In this document: piece by piece, positions 13,801 to 24,107 of the stretch
Numbering within the stretch: position 1 is the stretch's first letter
How the letters are laid out: each line of letters opens with the position of its first letter
Assembly: GCA_043228905.1 (NCBI GenBank)
Contig: JBHGNT010000074.1
Span: forward strand, 54,670-118,669
DNA length: 64,000 nucleotides
Source of the DNA: Azolla caroliniana
Lineage: Eukaryota; Plantae; Polypodiophyta
Direction of reading: 5' to 3'
The notes under the pieces: generated by a model
Database searches by the model: none
What the model saw: the letters and a program-made list of their open reading frames with translations, nothing else
What the model was told of the DNA's origin: nothing
Program-made: the position numbers and the translations under genes

Positions 13801-16800
13801 AATTAAAAACTCAAGATTTTGAAACTCAGATCGACAGACATGAAGAAATTACCAAATTAGACGAGGGAGTTGAGAAGAGCGCGTCAGTATATTAAAATCT
13901 TCATACCTGGCCCATGTGATATCGGATTATAGTGTTCAAAGATGCGAATCGAAGGTAACAACACTAGCTATGATATGGAATTCAAAAATCAAGATCTTGA
14001 AACTCATGTCGAGAGACATGAAGAAATGCTCAAGTTAGAGGAGGGAGTTGAGAAGAGCCCATGAATAAATTAAAATGTTCGTACCTGGCCCATGTGATAT
14101 CGGATTTTAGTGTTCAAACATACGAATCGAAGCTAACAATGCTAGCTCTGATATGGAATTAAAAAATCAAGATTTTGAAACTCAGATCGACAGACATGAA
14201 GAAATTACCAAATTTGAGGAGGGAGTTGGGAAGAGCGGGTCAATAAATTAAAATATTCATACCTGGCTCGGGTGATCCCGGATTTTAGTGTTCAAAGATG
14301 CGAATCGAAGCTAACAACACTAGCTATGATATAAAATTAAAAAATCAAGATTTTGAAACTCAAGTCGAGAGACATGAAGAAATTCGCAAGTTATAGGAGG
14401 GAGTTGAGAAGAGCCCGTGAGTAATTTAAAATGTTCATACCTGGTCCATGTGATATCGGATTTTAGTCTTCAAACATGCGAATCGAAGCTAATAACGGTA
14501 CCTATAATATGGAATTAAAAAATGTGGATTTTAAAACTCAGATCGACAGACATGAAGAAATTACCAAATTTGAGGAGGGAGTTGAGAAGAGCGCGTCAGT
14601 ATATTAAAATATTCATACCTGGCTCGGGTGATCCCGGATTTTAGTGTTCAAAGATGCGAATCGAAGCTAAAAACACTAGCTATGATATGGAATTAAAAAA
14701 TGTAGATTTTAAAACTCAAGTCGAGAGACATGAAGAAATTCGCAAGTTAGAGGAGGGAGTTGAGAAGAGCCCATGAGTAAATTAAAATGTTCATACCTGG
14801 TCCATGTGATATCGGATTTCTATGTTCAAAGATGCGAATCGAAGGTAACAACGATAGCTCTGAAATGGACTTAAGAAATCAAAATTTTGAAACTCAGATC
14901 GATAGACATGAAGAAATTACCAAATTAGAGGAGGGAGTTGAGAAGAGCGCGTGAGTATATTAAAATGTTCATACCTGGCCTATGTGATATCGGATTTTCG
15001 TGTTCAAAGATGCGAATCGAAGCTAACAACGTTATCTATGAATTTGAATTAAAAAATCAATATTTTGAAAATCAAGTCGATAGACATGAAGAAATTCGCA
15101 AGTTAGAGGAGGGAGTTGAGAAGAGCCCGTGAGTAATTTAAAATGTTCATACCTGGCCCATGTGATATCGGATTTCTATGTTCAAAGATGCGAATCGAAG
15201 GTAACAACGCTAGCTCTGATATGGAATTAAAAAATAAAGATTTTGAAACTCAGATCGATAGACATGAAGAAATTACCAAATTTGAGGAGGGAGTTGAGAA
15301 GAGCCCGTGAGTAATTTAAAATGTTCATACCTGGCCCAGGTGATATCGGATTTTAGTGTTCAAAGATGTGAATCGAAGCTAACAACGCTAGCTCTGATAT
15401 GGAATTAAAAACTCAAGATTTTGAAACTCAGATCGACAGACATGAAGAAATTACCAAATTAGAGGAGGGAGTTGAGAAGAGCGCGTCAGTATATTAAAAT
15501 CTTCATACCTGGCCCATGTGATATCGGATTATAGTGTTCAAAGATGCGAATCGAAGGTAACAACACTAGCTATGATATGGAATTCAAAAATCAAGATCTT
15601 GAAACTCATGTCGAGAGACATGAAGAAATGCTCAAGTTAGAGGAGGGAGTTGAGAAGAGCCCATGAATAAATTAAAATGTTCGTACCTGGCCCATGTGAT
15701 ATCGGATTTTAGTGTTCAAACATACGAATCGAAGCTAACAATGCTAGCTCTGATATGGAATTAAAAAATCAAGATTTTGAAACTCAGATCGACAGACATG
15801 AAGAAATTACCAAATTTGAGGAGGGAGTTGGGAAGAGCGGGTCAATAAATTAAAATATTCATACCTGGCTCGGGTGATCCCGGATTTTAGTGTTCAAAGA
15901 TGCGAATCGAAGCTAACAACACTAGCTATGATATAAAATTAAAAAATCAAGATTTTGAAACTCAAGTCGAGAGACATGAAGAAATTCGCAAGTTAGAGGA
16001 GGGAGTTGAGAAGAGCCCGTGAGTAATTTAAAATGTTCATACCTGGTCCATGTGATATCGGATTTTAGTCTTCAAACATGCGAATCGAAGCTAATAACGG
16101 TACCTATAATATGGAATTAAAAAATGTGGATTTTAAAACTCAGATCGACAGACATGAAGAAATTACCAAATTTGAGGAGGGAGTTGAGAAGAGCGCGTCA
16201 GTATATTAAAATATTCATACCTGGCTCGGGTGATCCCGGATTTTAGTGTTCAAAGATGCGAATCGAAGCTAAAAACACTAGCTATGATATGGAATTAAAA
16301 AATGTAGATTTTAAAACTCAAGTCGAGAGACATGAAGAAATTCGCAAGTTAGAGGAGGGAGTTGAGAAGAGCCCATGAGTAAATTAAAATGTTCATACCT
16401 GGTCCATGTGATATCGGATTTCTATGTTCAAAGATGCGAATCGAAGGTAACAACGATAGCTCTGAAATGGACTTAAGAAATCAAAATTTTGAAACTCAGA
16501 TCGATAGACATGAAGAAATTACCAAATTAGAGGAGGGAGTTGAGAAGAGCGCGTGAGTATATTAAAATGTTCATACCTGGCCTATGTGATATCGGATTTT
16601 CGTGTTCAAAGATGCGAATCGAAGCTAACAACGTTATCTATGAATTTGAATTAAAAAATCAATATTTTGAAAATCAAGTCGATAGACATGAAGAAATTCG
16701 CAAGTTAGAGGAGGGAGTTGAGAAGAGCCCGTGAGTAATTTAAAATGTTCATACCTGGCCCATGTGATATCGGATTTCTATGTTCAAAGATGCGAATCGA

Positions 16801-19756
16801 AGGTAACAACGCTAGCTCTGATATGGATTTAAAAAATAAAGATTTTGAAACTCAGATCGATAGACATGAAGAAATTACCAAATTTGAGGAGGGAGTTGAG
16901 AAGAGCCCGTGAGTAATTTAAAATGTTCATACCTGGCCCAGGTGATATCGGATTTTAGTGTTCAAAGATGTGAATCGAAGCTAACAACGCTAGCTCTGAT
17001 ATGGAATTAAAAACTCAAGATTTTGAAACTCAGATCGACAGACATGAAGAAATTACCAAATTAGACGAGGGAGTTGAGAAGAGCGCGTCAGTATATTAAA
17101 ATCTTCATACCTGGCCCATGTGATATCGGATTATAGTGTTCAAAGATGCGAATCGAAGGTAACAACACTAGCTATGATATGGAATTCAAAAATCAAGATC
17201 TTGAAACTCATGTCGAGAGACATGAAGAAATGCTCAAGTTAGAGGAGGGAGTTGAGAAGAGCCCATGAATAAATTAAAATGTTCGTACCTGGCCCATGTG
17301 ATATCGGATTTTAGTGTTCAAACATACGAATCGAAGCTAACAATGCTAGCTCTGATATGGAATTAAAAAATCAAGATTTTGAAACTCAGATCGACAGACA
17401 TGAAGAAATTACCAAATTTGAGGAGGGAGTTGGGAAGAGCGGGTCAATAAATTAAAATATTCATACCTGGCTCGGGTGATCCCGGATTTTAGTGTTCAAA
17501 GATGCGAATCGAAGCTAACAACACTAGCTATGATATAAAATTAAAAAATCAAGATTTTGAAACTCAAGTCGAGAGACATGAAGAAATTCGCAAGTTATAG
17601 GAGGGAGTTGAGAAGAGCCCGTGAGTAATTTAAAATGTTCATACCTGGTCCATGTGATATCGGATTTTAGTCTTCAAACATGCGAATCGAAGCTAATAAC
17701 GGTACCTATAATATGGAATTAAAAAATGTGGATTTTAAAACTCAGATCGACAGACATGAAGAAATTACCAAATTTGAGGAGGGAGTTGAGAAGAGCGCGT
17801 CAGTATATTAAAATATTCATACCTGGCTCGGGTGATCCCGGATTTTAGTGTTCAAAGATGCGAATCGAAGCTAAAAACACTAGCTATGATATGGAATTAA
17901 AAAATGTAGATTTTAAAACTCAAGTCGAGAGACATGAAGAAATTCGCAAGTTAGAGGAGGGAGTTGAGAAGAGCCCATGAGTAAATTAAAATGTTCATAC
18001 CTGGTCCATGTGATATCGGATTTCTATGTTCAAAGATGCGAATCGAAGGTAACAACGATAGCTCTGAAATGGACTTAAGAAATCAAAATTTTGAAACTCA
18101 GATCGATAGACATGAAGAAATTACCAAATTAGAGGAGGGAGTTGAGAAGAGCGCGTGAGTATATTAAAATGTTCATACCTGGCCTATGTGATATTGGATT
18201 TTCGTGTTCAAAGATGCGAATCGAAGCTAACAACGTTATCTATGAATTTGAATTAAAAAATCAATATTTTGAAAATCAAGTCGATAGACATGAAGAAATT
18301 CGCAAGTTAGAGGAGGGAGTTGAGAAGAGCCCGTGAGTAATTTAAAATGTTCATACCTGGCCCATGTGATATCGGATTTCTATGTTCAAAGATGCGAATC
18401 GAAGGTAACAACGCTAGCTCTGATATGGAATTAAAAAATAAAGATTTTGAAACTCAGATCGATAGACATGAAGAAATTACCAAATTTGAGGAGGGAGTTG
18501 AGAAGAGCCCGTGAGTAATTTAAAATGTTCATACCTGGCCCAGGTGATATCGGATTTTAGTGTTCAAAGATGTGAATCGAAGCTAACAACGCTAGCTCTG
18601 ATATGGAATTAAAAACTCAAGATTTTGAAACTCAGATCGACAGACATGAAGAAATTACCAAATTAGAGGAGGGAGTTGAGAAGAGCGCGTCAGTATATTA
18701 AAATCTTCATACCTGGCCCATGTGATATCGGATTATAGTGTTCAAAGATGCGAATCGAAGGTAACAACACTAGCTATGATATGGAATTCAAAAATCAAGA
18801 TCTTGAAACTCATGTCGAGAGACATGAAGAAATGCTCAAGTTAGAGGAGGGAGTTGAGAAGAGCCCATGAATAAATTAAAATGTTCGTACCTGGCCCATG
18901 TGATATCGGATTTTAGTGTTCAAACATACGAATCGAAGCTAACAATGCTAGCTCTGATATGGAATTAAAAAATCAAGATTTTGAAACTCAGATCGACAGA
19001 CATGAAGAAATTACCAAATTTGAGGAGGGAGTTGGGAAGAGCGGGTCAATAAATTAAAATATTCATACCTGGCTCGGGTGATCCCGGATTTTAGTGTTCA
19101 AAGATGCGAATCGAAGCTAACAACACTAGCTATGATATAAAATTAAAAAATCAAGATTTTGAAACTCAAGTCGAGAGACATGAAGAAATTCGCAAGTTAG
19201 AGGAGGGAGTTGAGAAGAGCCCGTGAGTAATTTAAAATGTTCATACCTGGTCCATGTGATATCGGATTTTAGTCTTCAAACATGCGAATCGAAGCTAATA
19301 ACGGTACCTATAATATGGAATTAAAAAATGTGGATTTTAAAACTCAGATCGACAGACATGAAGAAATTACCAAATTTGAGGAGGGAGTTGAGAAGAGCGC
19401 GTCAGTATATTAAAATATTCATACCTGGCTCGGGTGATCCCGGATTTTAGTGTTCAAAGATGCGAATCGAAGCTAAAAACACTAGCTATGATATGGAATT
19501 AAAAAATGTAGATTTTAAAACTCAAGTCGAGAGACATGAAGAAATTCGCAAGTTAGAGGAGGGAGTTGAGAAGAGCCCATGAGTAAATTAAAATGTTCAT
19601 ACCTGGTCCATGTGATATCGGATTTCTATGTTCAAAGATGCGAATCGAAGGTAACAACGATAGCTCTGAAATGGACTTAAGAAATCAAAATTTTGAAACT
19701 CAGATCGATAGACATGAAGAAATTACCAAATTAGAGGAGGGAGTTGAGAAGAGCGC
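10810..19756 (+). repeat. 9-mer higher-order repeat (1,602 bp), about 5.6 near-identical units left of the insertion
   Basis: Identical pseudo-ORFs at 11734, 13336, 14938, 16540 and 18142 (spacing 1,602 = 9 x 178); diagnostic monomer variants recur at the same period. Confidence 0.95.
19753..19756. other. Target-site duplication, left copy (GCGC)
   Basis: The uninterrupted HOR monomer reads gaagagcgcgtgag; the left flank ends gaagagcgc and the right flank starts gcgcgtgag. HOR register confirms 4 bp: 19744+1602+7303+4 = 28653, the observed start of the next pseudo-ORF. Confidence 0.93.
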
Positions 19757-20547
19757 TGTCAAGTTATTACGCAAGTGCGTATGGAAACGAGGCGGGACCG
19801 CGGGGGTCTCGAACCAAAGAGCAAGCGAGGGAGGAGAAAGAGAGACAACCGGCTGCGCAGGACCGGGGACACACCGGGACACGGCCCTTCAGCACGGAGA
19901 ACGCGAACGATCCCCGACACAGACAGATGCGAATGACTAAATGTGTATATTGACAAAAACGGCTAACACGACTACAACCCTCGATGGGGCACAGGTTGGT
20001 TACACCCGAACAGGCCGGCGAACAGATGCCGATGCCTGTTCGCTTCGACGCACAAAGGGCAGCAGGTCGGAGGTGCTGCCGGAAGCACTCGGGCTTTCCT
20101 CGAAACAGCGCGAGCCTCCTCGGAACCCTGCGCAGAAAGCTATGGAGCTCAAGAAGGAAGGAAACAGAGAGAGAAGCGTCCAGAAACGGTCCGACAGCAC
20201 TTCCTCCTCCCTGTGCGAGATGTCTGCAATAGTTCTTTCCTGCTCCTTATATAGGCCGACGAGCAGGCCGTCACGTCAGCTTTATTCCCTGTCCCTTTTG
20301 GACAGGGATTCGCTTCGTCCTTCACGCATCCGCGTAGTTACGCCGCCGACTCGTACGGTTCCTTCGCTCGCTCGCGCGACCGAAAAGACTGTTCGCGCGG
20401 TCTTTGTCTCCACTTGTGATAGGGCCCGTTCCCGCCGATTATCCTCCTCCTTCGCTTCTATGTACAACTCGAAGCGTGCGCGCGTGAAGAACCGGCTCCC
20501 ACGCCTTGGTGCGCCGATTCCGCCTATGGACGGTTTTCTTCACGACA
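19757..20547 (-). repeat. 3' LTR (791 bp)
   Basis: Direct repeat of 26269..27059 (offset 6,512); + strand starts tgtcaag and ends cacgaca; adjacent to the PPT. Confidence 0.97.
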
Positions 20548-20560
20548 TCCGCCCCCACCT
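20548..20560 (-). other. Polypurine tract
   Basis: Minus strand AGGTGGGGGCGGA (11 of 13 purines) directly abuts the 3' LTR start TGTCGTG. Confidence 0.85.
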
Positions 20561-20618
20561 AACCGTGCATCCTCCGGTATGCACCAAGAGAGTTGGGACG
20601 GAGAAAACCGGCCCGTCT

Positions 20619-23600
20619 TCATTTCTCGCCCGTCGGTTCTTCCTCGTTTTCGGATCTTTCGTCACTGCTGACTAGGAGAGCTGGGTCGGGCTCGTCGTCG
20701 TGTCGCTTCTTGTATGCTTTGATCCGCTTCCCTGCAACCGGTATCGCCATCCTCGTGCCGTCTAGTTCCGCCAGGTGATATGTCCCGTTGTCATTGGCGC
20801 TCCGCACCACGTAAGGCCCGAACCACCTTCGCGCGAACTTCCGTGTAGCTCGGTGCTGGTTGTCGAGGCTGCTGTCGTAGACGAGCACCCAGTCACCTTC
20901 GTCGATTTTCTTCGGTCGGAGCCGGTGCGTTCGGTCGAACCGGGCTTTGTTCTTTGTCCTCGCCACCCGGAGCTTCTCCGTAGCCAGTGCCACGTCCTCC
21001 GGTCTCCGCTCGAGCTGTCGTATACGTGCGGCCAACAACTCCTCCCGGCTCATCTCGTCCCTCCAGTCGACCGTTGCCCACGAGGAGATCGTCCGTTCTA
21101 TCGGCATGATCGGCTTCTGGCCGAACATGAGCTCCGTCGGCATGTACCTGGTTACCGAACTGTGCGTGGTCCGGTCTGCCCACAAAGCATAAGGCAGCAG
21201 CCGCGGCCAGTTTCCGACTTGGCCTCCGCATGCCCGAACCAACGCCTTGACGATCGGTCCGTGTCCGCGCTCCACCTTTCCATTCGCCTCCGGATTGTAC
21301 GCAGTGGTGAGCGAGAGCTTGACTCCCAGCCGGTCGAACAGCTCCGCGGCTTCTTCGGCGTCCAACTCCCCTCGGTCAGCCACGATCTTCCCGACGCACC
21401 CGTACCGGCATATCACGTCCTCGATTAGGAACCGGCATACGGCCGCGGTCGTTTTGTTCGGAAGGGCCCGGCCTTCCACCTGGTTCGTCAGATTCTCCCG
21501 CGCTAGGACCAGGTACCGCATTTGTCCTACCCCCGTTGGCATCGTCACCAGATCTACCATCCATTTGAAGTGGATGGTCGGAGGGTACGTAGGGTGAAGC
21601 TCGTCCCGGTGTCGGACCACGGAGTGCATCTGACAGCTCTCGCAAGTTGTCACTAATCGGTGCACGTCCTGGTACAGTCCCGGCCACCAATACTTCCCCT
21701 TCAGTTTCTCAAACGTAGCCCACGTTCCACGGTGTCCAGCCCAAGGGCTGTCGTGGTAGGCCGTCAGCAGCTCCTCCTGTTCTTCCTTCATCGCCACCAC
21801 CCGGAGCGGAGCGCCGTCCCTCTTCCTCGGGTGTTTCCATAGGCAGCCATCCCGGAGAAAGAACCGGTACGCTTTCTTCCGGATCCTGTTGGCCTCGTCC
21901 TTCGTCCATGACGCATCGGGCGTCATTGTCTTCAAAAACCCGCCGATCTGCAGCCACTCCCCGTCGTACTTGCTCGCGTCGAACTCGTTAAGCGCCGGAG
22001 TGCTCCTCCCGTCGGTCGTTATGTACGCCGCCTCGAAGAAATCCACGCCGACTTCTTCGTCTTCCGAAACCATGCCGCCCTCGTCGTCGAACCTCGCCCT
22101 CGAAAGCATGTCGGCCATGGCGTTGTCTTTCCCGGAAATGTGTCGTATTTCCGGGTCCAGGGACTTGATGTACGCTATCCACCTGAGCATCGCCAGGTCC
22201 GGAGTCGCGCATCCGGAAACCATACCGAGAATCGGCAGGCAATCCGTCTCGATGATCACTTCCGTCCCTATCAGGTAGTCTTTGTCGGCCTTAACCGCCG
22301 AAACAATACCCCAGAGTTCGCGTTTAACCTGGGCGTATCCTCGCTGCCGTTCACTGAGGACTTTCGCGCCGAATCGGATCGGAAACCGATTGCCGTCCTC
22401 GTCTTCCTGGTTCACGACCCATCCGATCCCGGTCGGACTGGTATCCACCGTTATGAATACCGGGGTACCCTTCCCGTAAACCGCCTTCCGGATTGCCGGT
22501 GCCGCTGCAAGGGCCTCTTTCAGCTTCCGGACCGATTCCGCGTGCTTGTCTAGCCATTCGAACCTTCGCCCCTTTTTCAGCAACCCGTACAGTGGCTCCG
22601 CGACGTGTGCGTAATGCGGGATCCATATGTGGTAGAACGCGCATGCCCCCAGGAATCTCCGTACTTCCGTGACCGAGCTGCAGTCGGGCTTCATCGCGGA
22701 GATGGCTTCTACCTTTGCCGGAGACGGTTTCCGGCCATATGGTCCGCACAGGTGTCCGACCACCATGATTTCTGACTGCCCGAAGGCCGACTTCTCCCCG
22801 GAGAAGGTGAGTCCCGCATCCTCTAGCCTTCGTAGCACCTTCTCGCAGTCGTCGACGTGCGTCGCCACGAATCGCCGGCATCCGTCCGGCCCGATCGTCT
22901 CGTCCCTTTCTTCCACCGGGCATCCCTTGATCGGGATGTCGTCCAGAAACGGCATGGTGATGTCCGGGATACAGTCCCTCAGAACCTTGTTCATCGCATT
23001 CACCATGTGGGCCACCGAGTTGGTCCCTCCCTGCGGCAGTGTACACATCCGAACTAGGCCGAGGGGAGTTCGCATCGTCGTAATGTCTCTGCTCTCCACG
23101 GCTAGCTGGAACTGGTCGTACCCTGAGTATAGATCCCCGACCGAGTAAATTGACCTTCCGGCGAAGGCCTCCGCGAATTCGTCTATGGTCGGTCCGATCC
23201 CTGCGTTCCGAATGGTCACTCGATTGACCGGCTGCAGGTCCTGGATGAAGCGCAACGAACCGTTTTTCTTCGGTACGGTAAACCAGCGGTTTGAATACGG
23301 GGCGCTCGATGGCTCGAGAATGCCCATATCAACCTTCTGCCTCAGCAGCTCCATCAACTTCGGGATGTGAGCTCTCGGAACCGGGATTGGCTTGAGATTC
23401 CATGGTACATGCGGTACCGTGAATATCACCATCGGCTCCACGATCGTCGGGTCAACGCACCCGATTTCCTCCGGCGAGAATGCGAAGGCTTTCCCGTGCC
23501 TTCCGAGCATTCTCCGAAACCGGTCTTCCTCCGCCGGCAGTAGGAACCCGCCCCCACCGATTTTGAGCTCTCGGAGCGTCTCGTCAGTGAAGGTGTGCCC

Positions 23601-24101
23601 TATGCAGGCCGGATCTCGTAGACTAGGGTCCGATGCAACCCCTTTGATTCTCGACGCGCTGTCCTCCGGTAAGGGTGCCGCTACTGGCCTTACCTTCCGG
23701 TCCACAGTCTTGTACTTGGTGTTTACGTGGGCCGTCCGAACTGACTCGAGCCCTCGACCGAAGTCCGCGATGACTTCGTACATCTCCTCGGAACACACCG
23801 GTATCGTCCGGTCTTCGTTAAGGTCCTCTTCGACTACCTTTCCCATCATTCCCAAGGTGTCGTCGAAGGAGACTGCCTCTACGGCTCCGTTGATTTCTTC
23901 GTCAGGGCCGAGAACTCCGCACGCTCGAAGTCTCCCCTCCGTCTTTGTTTTCTCTCGGCCGGCGATGCCGACCATCGTACATGCTCCGCTGTCGGAGAAG
24001 CAAAATGTCCTACCTATTGTACACGGTTCTCTCGTACAGATGTGGGGTTTTCCCGGAGCGTCCGGACTGTCGCGGCCCCACGCCTTGGCAGTCCTCTCTA
24101 A
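20619..24101 (-). CDS. pol: Pol ORF: reverse transcriptase - RNase H - integrase (first ATG at 23975, but the frame is open back to the frameshift site)
   Basis: RT motifs GDLYSGYDQ, LPQG, FLDD (22938..22949); RNase H VDTSPTGIG, KRELWGI, ETDC, ADMLSR; integrase HHCC (YHDSPWAGHRG...CESC), D-D-E (MVDLV, VADRG, KVERGH) and GPY/F module (WFGPYVV). No stop codon between 24110 and the ATG at 23975 in this frame. Confidence 0.96.
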   Translation of the reverse strand, partial: LERTAKAWGRDSPDAPGKPHICTREPCTIGRTFCFSDSGACTMVGIAGREKTKTEGRLRACGVLGPDEEINGAVEAVSFDDTLGMMGKVVEEDLNEDRTIPVCSEEMYEVIADFGRGLESVRTAHVNTKYKTVDRKVRPVAAPLPEDSASRIKGVASDPSLRDPACIGHTFTDETLRELKIGGGGFLLPAEEDRFRRMLGRHGKAFAFSPEEIGCVDPTIVEPMVIFTVPHVPWNLKPIPVPRAHIPKLMELLRQKVDMGILEPSSAPYSNRWFTVPKKNGSLRFIQDLQPVNRVTIRNAGIGPTIDEFAEAFAGRSIYSVGDLYSGYDQFQLAVESRDITTMRTPLGLVRMCTLPQGGTNSVAHMVNAMNKVLRDCIPDITMPFLDDIPIKGCPVEERDETIGPDGCRRFVATHVDDCEKVLRRLEDAGLTFSGEKSAFGQSEIMVVGHLCGPYGRKPSPAKVEAISAMKPDCSSVTEVRRFLGACAFYHIWIPHYAHVAEPLYGLLKKGRRFEWLDKHAESVRKLKEALAAAPAIRKAVYGKGTPVFITVDTSPTGIGWVVNQEDEDGNRFPIRFGAKVLSERQRGYAQVKRELWGIVSAVKADKDYLIGTEVIIETDCLPILGMVSGCATPDLAMLRWIAYIKSLDPEIRHISGKDNAMADMLSRARFDDEGGMVSEDEEVGVDFFEAAYITTDGRSTPALNEFDASKYDGEWLQIGGFLKTMTPDASWTKDEANRIRKKAYRFFLRDGCLWKHPRKRDGAPLRVVAMKEEQEELLTAYHDSPWAGHRGTWATFEKLKGKYWWPGLYQDVHRLVTTCESCQMHSVVRHRDELHPTYPPTIHFKWMVDLVTMPTGVGQMRYLVLARENLTNQVEGRALPNKTTAAVCRFLIEDVICRYGCVGKIVADRGELDAEEAAELFDRLGVKLSLTTAYNPEANGKVERGHGPIVKALVRACGGQVGNWPRLLPYALWADRTTHSSVTRYMPTELMFGQKPIMPIERTISSWATVDWRDEMSREELLAARIRQLERRPEDVALATEKLRVARTKNKARFDRTHRLRPKKIDEGDWVLVYDSSLDNQHRATRKFARRWFGPYVVRSANDNGTYHLAELDGTRMAIPVAGKRIKAYKKRHDDEPDPALLVSSDERSENEEEPTGEK

Positions 24102-24107
24102 AAATCC
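24042..24107 (-). promoter_or_regulatory. Predicted -1 programmed ribosomal frameshift signal (slippery heptamer plus stem-loop/pseudoknot)
   Basis: G_GAT_TTT (24107..24101) directly precedes the ORF1 stop TAG; 6-nt spacer; stem GGACTG (24094..24089)/CAGTCC (24069..24064); loop GTGGGG (24081..24076) complementary to CCCCAC (24047..24042); pol is in the -1 frame. Confidence 0.82.

Larger units (their letters stand above)
1..19756 (+). repeat. ~178-bp tandem satellite array, left arm (centromere-type)
   Basis: The motif ttaaaatgttcatacctggcccatgtgatatcggatttt...gaggagggagttgagaagagc recurs head-to-tail (e.g. at 1 and 179), period 178 bp, single orientation. Centromeric function is inferred from monomer size and HOR structure only. 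Confidence 0.98.

Noticed and set aside
1-19756. Identity with Arabidopsis CEN178 or primate alpha satellite / CENP-B box
   Set aside because: Only the length resembles CEN178; I recognise no sequence similarity and see no convincing TTCG....A..CGGG box. Not checked by database search.
19752-19756. 5-bp TSD AGCGC
   Set aside because: The A at 27059 belongs to the LTR (both copies end cacgaca), and the HOR register requires exactly 4 duplicated bases.
19593-19953. Satellite-LTR fusion ORFs at the left junction
   Set aside because: They are chance read-through across the insertion junction with no supporting signals.
20548-20720. env gene or integrase chromodomain
   Set aside because: Only 71 bp separate the pol stop from the 3' LTR, and the integrase tail is short and acidic with no chromodomain-like aromatic pattern.
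23976-24097. Non-coding spacer between gag and pol, or pseudogenising break
   Set aside because: The pol frame is open throughout and carries a canonical slippery-site, spacer and structure arrangement, so programmed frameshifting explains it better.
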